Below are positions 27,386 to 37,323 of a stretch of 39,490 nucleotides of DNA, piece after piece. Made by a program: the position numbers and the translations under genes. The stretch comes from a virus. Its lineage: Duplodnaviria > Caudoviricetes. How positions within the stretch are numbered: position 1 is the first letter of the stretch; each line of letters opens with the position of its first letter. Location of the stretch: positions 1 through 39,490 of the IMG/VR virus record IMGVR_UViG_3300017784_004825; one strand, 5' to 3'. Under the pieces are notes generated by a model that was given only the letters and a program-made list of their open reading frames with translations, ran no database searches and was not told the origin of the DNA.

Positions 27386-28221
27386 TATGGGTTTACATAT
27401 TCATACCAAATTATGGACTCATCCGGATTTTGACCTACACCAACTCTAACATTACTCAAACCACGATAAACACTATATTCGTAATTATTGTAATCAAAAT
27501 TAACCTTGTAATAAAAATAATCTTCTTTATTAAAATCATATTGTGATCCAATTAAAGAAGATTGTGGTACATTCATCATTCTAACAAACTGACCTATTTT
27601 TGCATTAAAAAACTTAGCACTCATATAAAAAACACTAATATCCAAATATCCGCGTTCCTTTAACCAATAAAAGAAAAACCCTTCTTTATCTTGACCAACA
27701 TAATCTAAAACAAATTTTGGTTTTTTTACAAAAACTGGAGATTGATTTAGTGGTGGCCCAATAAACCCCGGTTCTTTTAATCCCTGTTGTGTTGGTAAAA
27801 TAACAGAAAATAATATTTTTTGATTTTCAGGAATTGTATTATCATAAAAATCTAATTTAAAAAAACTACCTTTAAATGAGTTAGCAAAATAAAATATTTC
27901 ATTATCATTAAAAGTTGCGTATTCATAATCATCTAACCAATCTGAAATCGTCGGTGGGTTTGTTGTAAAATTTGTTTGTGCTTGATAATTAAAAAAATTA
28001 AATTGATAATTAATCTCTGTTTTTGAATTATTAACACCATAAGGTGCATGAGCAAATTTAGTGGTTTCAAAGTCGTCAATATCGTTTATAACTTGTTTTA
28101 CTGCGTCTTTTTCAAATTCTTCAATAGCTTGTTCTCTACCCTCAAAATCAAAATTAAGTTCAATTGGTAAGGTTATGTCTTTATCCGTAACGTTTAATGA
28201 AAATCTATAATAATTATTCAC
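27385..28221 (-). CDS. Hypothetical structural protein (GTG start)
   Basis: 278-aa aromatic-rich ORF overlapping both neighbours in the baseplate operon. Confidence 0.6.
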   Translation of the reverse strand: MNNYYRFSLNVTDKDITLPIELNFDFEGREQAIEEFEKDAVKQVINDIDDFETTKFAHAPYGVNNSKTEINYQFNFFNYQAQTNFTTNPPTISDWLDDYEYATFNDNEIFYFANSFKGSFFKLDFYDNTIPENQKILFSVILPTQQGLKEPGFIGPPLNQSPVFVKKPKFVLDYVGQDKEGFFFYWLKERGYLDISVFYMSAKFFNAKIGQFVRMMNVPQSSLIGSQYDFNKEDYFYYKVNFDYNNYEYSVYRGLSNVRVGVGQNPDESIIWYEYVNP

Positions 28222-29947
28222 AAGGGTCGGTTGTTGGTTGGTTTATTAACGTAGTTTCAACAATATTTAACTGTTGTATTGGTTTTTGTAAAAATAAGAT
28301 ATCTTTAAATGGATAATGAGCCCCATTTAAAAATGGGTAATCAACACCATTATCGTCCTCATCGATATACCCATAGTTATATATATCTCTCCAAATAAAA
28401 GTTTCTTCATATTTAGAATACCCTGCATATTTTGGTACAATATCTACGTTTTCTTTTTGTGAATACATAATATTACTACCAAAAGTTCTTATTTGTATTT
28501 TATGGTGTGGTGTATAAACGTATCCACTAGGATAATTAGGACTAGAATTATCTAAAAAATAAATTGGATTATATGAGTATTTATGGTACATTGGAGATAA
28601 AACATATTCTTTTTGTTCTATAAAATTATATTCGCAAAAATCTCCTTTTAATATGTGTCCAACATTTAATAAATTATTATAATTAAATGGTTTATTATTA
28701 GCAATATAATTACCAACAGTAATATTATCTTTATTATCTAAAGAATTGTGATTCCACCAAGTGTCTATAGTATTTTTTAAAAAATTAAACTCCCAACCAA
28801 CATCTAACCCTATATTTGAATTAGGTGGTGTTGGGTTAAAGTACCCCATATATCCTCTTTGGATAATGGTAGTAAATAACTCAGTTATTGGTCGGTTAAG
28901 ATTATCTTTTATTCCATTTATTTTAATGTCAGAATTAAAAGTAAATGTTACCGTTTTTGACCCATCTTTTACTGATATTCTTTCAACATTATTAGGGGTT
29001 AAAGCCGAATACTCTAATTTAAATTTATTTGGGAATGGGTTATTTTCAAATCCAGCTGGATTGAGTTTACATTCCGTAACATCGGTTAATGTTTTATGTA
29101 ATCTAACATAATATTTAGATTTAGTTTCTCCACTATTTTGAATATTTTTTATTCTTTTAAAATTACCAACTTTACCGTTCGTAGTCTCTGAATCTAAAAA
29201 TTTTAAATTATATATACTAAAAACATTACTTTCGGAATCATATTTTCCATTACCTAAACTGTATACAGAAAAAATATTAACCCCACCAAATCCATTAGTA
29301 TTGGATGGTATTGTAATTTCTACAAACTCACCAACTTCTAAATTATGATTAGTTGCACAATTAAAATAAATTAATCTTTTACCATTAAATTTATCATTAG
29401 TAATAGTAAATGGAATACCGTCAGAGGCAATAAAAGTATTAGTTGTATTATACGTTTGGTCTGTAAAAGACATTATTTGTTCAGTATCACTACTATAAGC
29501 ATATGTTAAATATACCGCCCAATTATATGTTGTTGAACTTTTTGGTACATATGTAATATGACCTACAATTCCTTCATTTCTAATTATTGAAAACTCATTA
29601 AACTGAGGATACCCCTCCCATAAAACATTCGGATTGTATGGGTTATTTATAGTAGCATTTGATATTGAATTAGTGTAGTATAAATTATCTCGATATGGGT
29701 GGTACGCAGTTTTACCTGAAATACTATTGTTAACTATATTAACAATCTTACCAGAAATTCTAAAAACATCACTATTAGTTCTTTCTTCGTTAAATTGTTC
29801 TTCCAAATTTATACTAATAGATCTATCACCTTCAACCATATTCCTTCTATCACCAATGAGTGGAGTTTGAATCCAAATATCGGTATCAACGCTAGAAGCA
29901 TATCTTTTAGACCCTAATACTATTCTAATATCTTCTTCGTTAATCAT
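28214..29947 (-). CDS. Hypothetical structural protein
   Basis: 577-aa ORF with 8-nt overlaps with both neighbours and beta-rich composition. Confidence 0.6.
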   Translation of the reverse strand: MINEEDIRIVLGSKRYASSVDTDIWIQTPLIGDRRNMVEGDRSISINLEEQFNEERTNSDVFRISGKIVNIVNNSISGKTAYHPYRDNLYYTNSISNATINNPYNPNVLWEGYPQFNEFSIIRNEGIVGHITYVPKSSTTYNWAVYLTYAYSSDTEQIMSFTDQTYNTTNTFIASDGIPFTITNDKFNGKRLIYFNCATNHNLEVGEFVEITIPSNTNGFGGVNIFSVYSLGNGKYDSESNVFSIYNLKFLDSETTNGKVGNFKRIKNIQNSGETKSKYYVRLHKTLTDVTECKLNPAGFENNPFPNKFKLEYSALTPNNVERISVKDGSKTVTFTFNSDIKINGIKDNLNRPITELFTTIIQRGYMGYFNPTPPNSNIGLDVGWEFNFLKNTIDTWWNHNSLDNKDNITVGNYIANNKPFNYNNLLNVGHILKGDFCEYNFIEQKEYVLSPMYHKYSYNPIYFLDNSSPNYPSGYVYTPHHKIQIRTFGSNIMYSQKENVDIVPKYAGYSKYEETFIWRDIYNYGYIDEDDNGVDYPFLNGAHYPFKDILFLQKPIQQLNIVETTLINQPTTDPCE

Positions 29948-32900
29948 CTGAGTTTAAAATATATTTTGTTATGAACCTATTTAAAGAGCTCTTACCTTTA
30001 ACCATCCCAAAGTAAAAATGGTATGGCGAACCAACCAAAAATTCATTTGATTGATTTTGTGGAAAACTAGGAGATCCAACACCATTCCCGTTACTATTAT
30101 ATATAAAACCCTTTTTTCCATTTTGGGTTGTAGAATTAAAATAATCTGAGGTAGGTGAAGTTAAAAAACTTAAAGACTGATATTTTTGTGAGTAAAAAGG
30201 AGTTGAAGTTTCCCATTCATTCTTTTCGGTTCCAAAAATAGTACTATTATTCTCTAATTTCCATTTGTAAAATGGAACTTCTTGAGTACTTGGGTATCCA
30301 AAATAATTAGTCAGTGTTGGTGTGAACGTAACAACACCAGGACTAACAAGTATCCTATTTACCGTTGATGAGGTAAAAAATAAACCTAAAACCGAGTCTT
30401 CTGTGCTTGAAAGATATATGTCATTATCATCATAATCATCATCTCCAAACCCAACAACTCCGTATTCAGAGTTAACACTAAATAACTGAGCAACATCACC
30501 ATCAATCCTATCTTCACTTCTAGAAAACATCTGATTAATGGATGCATCTCCAGCACCTACCATTCTAGAAAGAAAACTACTGTTTAATAATCTAGAAACT
30601 ATAAATAAATTTAGTATTTCTGAACTCTCATTATATGATGTGGTTCGTAATGTGTCCATATTATAACCTTCAAACATAGGGTTTGGGGAAATTTCTTTAG
30701 TATATCTATCTCTAGGACCCAAATCCATAATTGTTGTTGGATAAAATATATTATTACTATTCATACCTTTATATTTACTCACAGCATCAGAATTATTATA
30801 CTTTGGAGCTTGACCTATAAATCGATTAGACGAGGCATCATATGGTGTACACCTATAAAAAAATGAATTGGTGGTACCTTCAGTAAAGATAATAGGACCT
30901 TGGCCGGTTCTATATGTATCAAATTTACTACCACAAAATTTATACTTTTTAACTTGTCCGGTAATATTAAAAATTGTTCTCTTTTTAAATGTAAACATAT
31001 ATAATGTTCCATTTACCCAATTATTTTGAAATACTTCAGAAAATACCCCTCTACAAGCTCCAAATATCATTCTAAATCTAGCTTTCCACTCAGCAAAAAA
31101 CGCAATATCTTTTCCTATACTACTAATTAATGGGTTATCAACAAAATAGTAACATCCACCATCTATTCTTTTATTTTTATTACCCTTACCTGTTTTATTT
31201 TCAGGACAATTTGAATTTATAGTAAAAGTGGTTCCTCCATTTTGATAACATTTAATTGGAACTAATTTTTCACAGGTTAAACTACCTAATATCTTATCCG
31301 TAATAGGCCCATTTCCACCATCACCCGCTAAGTTTTGACTAGCACCATTTGAATCTGTACCTGCTAATATTGACGCCTCTACTTGACCAGATCCGCCAGT
31401 CGCATCAATAACGTATAATCTAAAATTATTATTTAAATGTAGAGAATAACTATTATTACCAAGAATCTCTAATCCATCAGAGACTGGTAATCTATCCGAT
31501 CTAAAAATTAAATATTGAGAATTAGTAATATTAATATTAGTTGCCAGAGATATTACCGAAACAGTATTATTTCCGGTTGGTAGATATGTTGGTGAATATG
31601 TCCGACTTCTTGACTTTTTTTGGTCACAATTAGTACAATTGTTTTGTTGTTGCTGATGATTACCCTCAGATGCAATTAAACTACCACCTTCATATAACCC
31701 TTGTTTGTGAGTGGCAAACTTATCTAAATACATAGTATCGCCATAATACCCCACCTCTGTGGTGTAATATGAAATACTAAAATCATCATCTCCAAATGAT
31801 CTAAAACCAAGTGTAGACTTATCAGTGCTATTATAATTTTTTGAACTGTTATTTGTAAATGCTGAAAATAAACCCGAGTCCGCTGAAAACCCATAAGGTT
31901 TATGATATAAAGCTGCGTTATTATTATCGTTAGCTGTAAATTTATGAGATTCTGGCGTATTTTGACTTGTCCACCAATTATTTGTATTTGTTCCGGTATT
32001 TTTTTGTATGGGGACATTTAAATAATATTTACCAACTACCGAAACAACATTACTTCCAAGTGTGTATCCAAATAATCTTGATAGATCATACTTAATTGTT
32101 TGTTTTTCAGTATAAGGGTCAACACCTCTAGTTAAAAATATAACTTGTAGTTCTTTGTATTCATCTACAAATTCAAGAGATTTCCATTTATGGGGTTGCC
32201 ACTTATTAATCCAAGGGCCAAACGTAAATTTAAATGTATCTTGTGTTTGGTATTTATTAAATAAATATTTATTTAATAAACCAGAATTACCATTTGTTAA
32301 TTGTTTATAGTCATTTACGGTACCTCCAGTAATAACTTGAAAATACTCAATACCCGCTTTAAATTTATAAGCTTTACCATTTTCAGTTATTTTTAAATAT
32401 GTGTTAGCGTACTGTTCGTTACCATTAATGTTTATATATTTTATTTGTGATGGGGTAAAAGTATCTGAAAATGGTGTGGATCCTGTAATACTTTGGGTAT
32501 TAAATTGATTGCTTCCAGTAAATCCAGTAAGATTAGGGTCGTTAATACTATCGGGATTATAAAAAGTAAGTAATCCACCAGCACCACCTAAAGAAGAAAG
32601 GGTACCGAGATCACATAATAAAATTAAAATAGAATCATCAAAAGGATCAGACGGTGGTGAACCAACGTTACTAATAGTTGTTCTTATTATATTTTCTTCC
32701 ATAAAATATCTACTTCTTAGATTTGCTAAGTTCATAGATTGAGCTAAAGTAACATCAGAACCAATAAAAGTTTGATTAATCATTCCATTTGTTGGGTATA
32801 GGTACTGAGTAAATACGGAAAAACGAACCAAAGGAACCTTATATCTTTTAGTATATGCTTGTTCACCAGCCAACAACATTTGCCAACTATCATTAACAAA

Positions 32901-34904
32901 TTCTTCCAAATCACCGGTAGCATACGTATCAACCGTTGTTGGTCGACCAACATATCCCTTCATAAGACTATAAGATACAGTACTACCAATATTAGACAAC
33001 ATACTTATATTGTCTCTAGCGGATGCTGTATTTACTGAAGTGGCAAATCCTGTTGACTCAGCCTCATCTAACCCTTGATCTTTACAATCACAAGCTTCAC
33101 AATCAGGATAAGACATCATAGGTATTGATAACCTTTTAAATGGGTTCTCCTTAGATAATGGTTCTATTTTTTTGTCGTCACAATTTGTCCCCCGCATTCT
33201 TCTAGGAGCAAGCCATTTAACAACCTTACAAATTGGTATTATAATTTTATTAAGTAACCAAATGACCACGTTAGCCATTACTCTAATTATTGGGTATATG
33301 GATGCTAATACATGTGAAATAACAATTAATATAATAAAAGTTGGTGTTAAAATCGTAATTAAAATATTAAAAAGAAAAAATAGAAAATCAAAATTTCTAA
33401 CTCCGTCATTAACTGGAAATCGATTAGTTGTTGTTGTACAAGCTCTGTTAGTAATTTCTTTAATCCCTAAATGTTGTGCTCTATTATATCCCCATTTCCA
33501 CCTATCTAAAAACATAGAAATAGTATAAACTTTATTAAAATTAAACGCATAGAACCTGTCTTTAGCATCAATAGCTTCATTAATCATCTCTAAACCTATT
33601 GTTGTTGTTGGGTCTCCATAATTTTCCCATTCTAAACCAAATCCATATGAATATAATTGCTGATAAGTGTTTGCGTTAGGTATTGATGGTGCTAGTTGTG
33701 ACGGTGGTGGTGTGTTAGGGTTATCCCACCCCCATTCTTTAATATTTGGTATTAAATAGTCAGCCCTAAAAATGTTATTTTTAATTCCTTCTTCATTTTG
33801 ATATTGTATTCTAAACCTATATTTACCTGTAGTTGGGATACCTATATTTGGATCGTTTGATGGTACCATTTCCCCAAATTCGTTTGTTGTTACGTAGTTC
33901 AAATTCATTGGTATTTCAAACATCCAAGTACCATTAGAATCTATAACCTTACCTCCTTCAGGTAGTACATACTGTTCAAGTATTGGTCTACCGTTTGTGT
34001 CGGTATTGATTGTTTGTCTAATAGCTAATATTGTACCAGACGCAGTTACAAGGTCGCAAAGATTTCCGCTATCAAATTTTGGTTTACAGTTTGTTTTTAA
34101 AAAATCACCATCATTAGTTGAAAATAATGAACCTAAGAACACCGCATGTGGTTGAATATTAATACCACCAAAATCTCTTAAATCAAAATCAACTCGACTA
34201 ATACCAATATTACAAATGTCCGTTTCTCCCCAAAAAGAAGTAACCTCAACATCTGTTTTTAAGTGAACTATCTGTGGTAACGAATCCAAATCCGTTGATG
34301 ATTTAAATTGTTCCCCGTCAAATTGTTCGGGAGAACCTAATCCCATCCTAATTAAATCTGCGGGTCGTAAAGAAAAAGTACCAATATTTGATAAATCTAA
34401 ATCTAATATTAATTTTTGCATCCCTAAAGGGACGCCAATAATCATAAAGTCACCACTATCATTTGTTTTAACTGTAAATTTATAGTATTTTTCATAGACT
34501 TCGAGAACTTCACGTCTTGTTAAAACGTCCTCACGATCCGGAAAAGTACCTGTAGGTGTGTGACCACCATACTCTTTTTTGTATGGTAACAAATTATAAC
34601 GATAACCATCCTCGTTTTTTGTATTTACAGTTTTATATGGATATAGTGTTGAAATAACAACGTCGGATTCGTCTTCTGGGGATAATGGGATAAAAATGGA
34701 AACGTTAACGTTAGGAACACCAAAACCACCATTAATGATTACTCGACCCGCAACTACACCGTAATCAGCACAAAACCTAGTATAAACGTCTTCATGTCTT
34801 AATTTTAGAGATAGTATTTCTAAAAAATCAAAATCTTGGTCAATTTGTACTCTTATATTTTTATCAGTTCCCGGGTTAACTTTTATTCGATGACTTTTGT
34901 TCAT
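29940..34904 (-). CDS. Large baseplate-associated protein with N-terminal carboxypeptidase-regulatory-like beta-sandwich and internal hydrophobic (TM-like) segment
   Basis: 1654 aa. GVVAGRVIINGGFGVPNVNVSIF...VKTNDSGDFMIIGVPLG at the N-terminus, and a hydrophobic stretch FDFLFFLFNILITILTPTFIILIVISHVLASIYPIIRVMANVVIWLL. It lies directly after the gp6-like gene. Confidence 0.6.
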   Translation of the reverse strand: MNKSHRIKVNPGTDKNIRVQIDQDFDFLEILSLKLRHEDVYTRFCADYGVVAGRVIINGGFGVPNVNVSIFIPLSPEDESDVVISTLYPYKTVNTKNEDGYRYNLLPYKKEYGGHTPTGTFPDREDVLTRREVLEVYEKYYKFTVKTNDSGDFMIIGVPLGMQKLILDLDLSNIGTFSLRPADLIRMGLGSPEQFDGEQFKSSTDLDSLPQIVHLKTDVEVTSFWGETDICNIGISRVDFDLRDFGGINIQPHAVFLGSLFSTNDGDFLKTNCKPKFDSGNLCDLVTASGTILAIRQTINTDTNGRPILEQYVLPEGGKVIDSNGTWMFEIPMNLNYVTTNEFGEMVPSNDPNIGIPTTGKYRFRIQYQNEEGIKNNIFRADYLIPNIKEWGWDNPNTPPPSQLAPSIPNANTYQQLYSYGFGLEWENYGDPTTTIGLEMINEAIDAKDRFYAFNFNKVYTISMFLDRWKWGYNRAQHLGIKEITNRACTTTTNRFPVNDGVRNFDFLFFLFNILITILTPTFIILIVISHVLASIYPIIRVMANVVIWLLNKIIIPICKVVKWLAPRRMRGTNCDDKKIEPLSKENPFKRLSIPMMSYPDCEACDCKDQGLDEAESTGFATSVNTASARDNISMLSNIGSTVSYSLMKGYVGRPTTVDTYATGDLEEFVNDSWQMLLAGEQAYTKRYKVPLVRFSVFTQYLYPTNGMINQTFIGSDVTLAQSMNLANLRSRYFMEENIIRTTISNVGSPPSDPFDDSILILLCDLGTLSSLGGAGGLLTFYNPDSINDPNLTGFTGSNQFNTQSITGSTPFSDTFTPSQIKYININGNEQYANTYLKITENGKAYKFKAGIEYFQVITGGTVNDYKQLTNGNSGLLNKYLFNKYQTQDTFKFTFGPWINKWQPHKWKSLEFVDEYKELQVIFLTRGVDPYTEKQTIKYDLSRLFGYTLGSNVVSVVGKYYLNVPIQKNTGTNTNNWWTSQNTPESHKFTANDNNNAALYHKPYGFSADSGLFSAFTNNSSKNYNSTDKSTLGFRSFGDDDFSISYYTTEVGYYGDTMYLDKFATHKQGLYEGGSLIASEGNHQQQQNNCTNCDQKKSRSRTYSPTYLPTGNNTVSVISLATNINITNSQYLIFRSDRLPVSDGLEILGNNSYSLHLNNNFRLYVIDATGGSGQVEASILAGTDSNGASQNLAGDGGNGPITDKILGSLTCEKLVPIKCYQNGGTTFTINSNCPENKTGKGNKNKRIDGGCYYFVDNPLISSIGKDIAFFAEWKARFRMIFGACRGVFSEVFQNNWVNGTLYMFTFKKRTIFNITGQVKKYKFCGSKFDTYRTGQGPIIFTEGTTNSFFYRCTPYDASSNRFIGQAPKYNNSDAVSKYKGMNSNNIFYPTTIMDLGPRDRYTKEISPNPMFEGYNMDTLRTTSYNESSEILNLFIVSRLLNSSFLSRMVGAGDASINQMFSRSEDRIDGDVAQLFSVNSEYGVVGFGDDDYDDNDIYLSSTEDSVLGLFFTSSTVNRILVSPGVVTFTPTLTNYFGYPSTQEVPFYKWKLENNSTIFGTEKNEWETSTPFYSQKYQSLSFLTSPTSDYFNSTTQNGKKGFIYNSNGNGVGSPSFPQNQSNEFLVGSPYHFYFGMVKGKSSLNRFITKYILNSDD

Positions 34905-34976
34905 TAATTCTTTAAAAATAAATAGTTATGTTCTTTATTTTTAAAGATAATCAATAACATTATAAAATAAATAACG

Positions 34977-36815
34977 TTATTTAAAGTCTACTGTTTTTAT
35001 ATTTTTTACCCTAACCTTAATATCTTTATTAGTATATCTAATTTGATATATTTGACTTGGTTCTGCAAAAATAGTTTCATCAATTAGTTGGATCTCCTTT
35101 GTGGAATTATTTGAATACCTTTGTGATGTTTCTGATGTTGAATATTGTCCTCCAACTTTATTAACGACTTTTATTTCGGTAAGTGTTGATACACCAGCAA
35201 CATTTTGAATTAATTTTTTAATTTCAGACATATTAACGTTTTGTCCTAATTCTCTATTTTCTGGTGACATATAGTTTGCAACAGAATTAATAATTTCTGT
35301 AATAACTTGTCCTTGGTTTCTATCAGATTCCATCATTACATAAATTTCAAATTCTAAATCAATCACCTTTGCAACATCAATAGATATATAATCATTAATC
35401 ATTCTAAAGTTAGAAAGATATGTTGCTAAATTATTTTTTAAATTATTTGAAACAGATTGGGTTAATTTACCTCCATCATCATATGAAAGTATTTGAATTG
35501 TAATCTTATTATTATTTTCAGTTATACTTACCTTACCTGGTGATCCAAATTTACCAGGCATAGTGTCAATTAAAGATTTATAATCATTAATAGTAACCGC
35601 TCTTTTTTGTGCTGAAAAATTAAATGTAACCATATTTCTAACTTCTTCAGTACTTGGTGGGTTTGATCCTCCAATTGCTGCGGTAACATTTGTAATATTT
35701 AAAGAATTAAAAACATTGGTATTTATGTCAGATGATGGTCCATTTATAGATAAATCAATAGTACCAATTTGATTTATCACACCAACACCAATATTTGAAG
35801 ATAACCCACCACCAGTTCTATATTGAATAAATAAAGTAGTATTTGGTTGAACGGTAAGTCCTAATCCAATATTATTTTGGTAATTACCTAAATCTAATTT
35901 AATACCTGATTTTGCAAAATTAACAAGTTGTTGTTCAGGGGTTGTAGTTCCTCCTCCAAATTGCACTTTTAAATAACCTTCTGGTGTATATTCACTAATA
36001 AATCTATTTTCAGTTTTAATATACTTACCAACTTTAATTCCTGAGTTATCTGATGCTTTTGTAACATCTTCAATAAACACCGTATCTTCAGCCAATGAAT
36101 CAACCTCATACCATTTATTTGTTGAATTAATAAATTCACTATAAGAAGGTATTGCTGGATATGTTGTTCCGTTTTTTTGAATTACAGATGTTATTGAGAG
36201 TACATTTTTTTCAGGTAAAAATAAATTGAAAAATGGTACAACATCAGCCGGATTAATTATTTTTTTAAAAACTTTAGTAGTCCCATTAACAACGACTTCT
36301 CTTTTGGTTATTACGTAATTTACCACTTTATTACCACTATCAAATGTTGGTATTTTAGTCCGATTAACAAACCCTTCCGGATTATATTGTGTTGAAAAAT
36401 CAATATCGTTTACAGTCTCAAAAGTATTTCCAGCACCATTAAACTGTGATCCTGATCTTAATATTCCAAGATATCTAAAATCCTCACCATCACCAAAAGG
36501 TGGTACAGTGATTGAAATATCAACCACAGCAACTGATGGTCTATACCCCGGTATTTTCAAACCATAAGTTCTAGCAATATTATATATTGATGATTTTTGT
36601 TGTGCGTATTGTAATACAGTCTCCTGAATACTCCTGTCAATATGAAAATGAAGGTTGTCGGCAACCGCGGCATTTAAATCCATTAGTACAGAAAAAATAG
36701 AAGCATCATTAAAGTTTTGAATAAGTTCTGGGTAGTATTGTTTAGTGTACAATAATAATGACTCCCTAATCCCTTCAAAGTCTCTTTCAGTATAATTTAT
36801 TTTATTAATAGCCAT
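34977..36815 (-). CDS. Baseplate wedge subunit (T4 gp6 / Baseplate J-like)
   Basis: 612 aa with NYTERDFEGIRESL, ARTYGLKIPG, VQFGGG, YRTGGG..SNI, AAIGGSNPPSTEEVR and QKRAVTINDY, all typical gp6-family motifs. It follows the gp25 homolog. Confidence 0.88.
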   Translation of the reverse strand: MAINKINYTERDFEGIRESLLLYTKQYYPELIQNFNDASIFSVLMDLNAAVADNLHFHIDRSIQETVLQYAQQKSSIYNIARTYGLKIPGYRPSVAVVDISITVPPFGDGEDFRYLGILRSGSQFNGAGNTFETVNDIDFSTQYNPEGFVNRTKIPTFDSGNKVVNYVITKREVVVNGTTKVFKKIINPADVVPFFNLFLPEKNVLSITSVIQKNGTTYPAIPSYSEFINSTNKWYEVDSLAEDTVFIEDVTKASDNSGIKVGKYIKTENRFISEYTPEGYLKVQFGGGTTTPEQQLVNFAKSGIKLDLGNYQNNIGLGLTVQPNTTLFIQYRTGGGLSSNIGVGVINQIGTIDLSINGPSSDINTNVFNSLNITNVTAAIGGSNPPSTEEVRNMVTFNFSAQKRAVTINDYKSLIDTMPGKFGSPGKVSITENNNKITIQILSYDDGGKLTQSVSNNLKNNLATYLSNFRMINDYISIDVAKVIDLEFEIYVMMESDRNQGQVITEIINSVANYMSPENRELGQNVNMSEIKKLIQNVAGVSTLTEIKVVNKVGGQYSTSETSQRYSNNSTKEIQLIDETIFAEPSQIYQIRYTNKDIKVRVKNIKTVDFK

Positions 36816-36817
36816 AT

Positions 36818-37282
36818 TTAAATATTTATAATCACAAACTCTCGAGTTCCAAAAGTACTATTTTCATTTGTATAGTTTATTTTTAATTTTGCAGTATATT
36901 CTTGTGTGTTAGCTCCAGGAATTCTATGGATACTAGTTTTACCTAATAACTCATAGTCTAACTCACCAATACCTTCTTCAGTTTCTAAGTAAGGGGTAAC
37001 GGTTATACTATTAATAGTTAGATTAGGAATATATTTTTCAACTTGGGTTTTAATGTCGTCTTTAATTGCGTCAAACGTTTGACCATCTAATGGATCAAAA
37101 ATAAAAGAATAGATATTTGTTCCAAAATCAGGTAAATAATAACGACTACCACGTTTTGTTAATATTAAATGTAATAAACTAGTTCTAATCTCTTCATCGG
37201 AATCATCAGTTAAATTAAGATAATTTCCCTTTTCACTTTGTCTAAAAGGGAAACTTATTCCGTATGTTAGTCCATTTGCCAT
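36818..37282 (-). CDS. Baseplate wedge protein gp25-like (GPW/gp25 family)
   Basis: 154 aa with GISFPF, IRTSLLHLILTKRGSRYYLPDFGTNIYSFIFDP and IKTQVEKYIPNLTI. Confidence 0.9.
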   Translation of the reverse strand: MANGLTYGISFPFRQSEKGNYLNLTDDSDEEIRTSLLHLILTKRGSRYYLPDFGTNIYSFIFDPLDGQTFDAIKDDIKTQVEKYIPNLTINSITVTPYLETEEGIGELDYELLGKTSIHRIPGANTQEYTAKLKINYTNENSTFGTREFVIINI

Positions 37283-37288
37283 ATCACA

Positions 37289-37296
37289 TATAAATA
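37289..37296 (-). promoter_or_regulatory. Putative late-promoter motif TATTTATA at the head of the baseplate operon
   Basis: Intergenic between nrdA and the gp25-like gene, 6 nt upstream of the ATG at 37282. Confidence 0.5.
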
Positions 37297-37323
37297 TATG
37301 TTTATTTTATTTATAATAAATTA

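Noticed and set aside
186-33528. Plus-strand and nested alternative-frame ORFs in the track (e.g. 186..482, 2688..3044, 15107..15346, 28761..29111, 33172..33528, 1093..1290)
   Set aside because: They are shadow ORFs overlapping longer, motif-bearing minus-strand genes. Their V/G-rich content simply mirrors Thr/Pro codons.
34977-37282. Bacterial contractile injection system (eCIS/T6SS) rather than phage
   Set aside because: It is co-oriented and contiguous with nrdA, a resolvase and a putative primase in phage-like dense single-strand organisation. There are no T6SS membrane-complex or eCIS ATPase genes.
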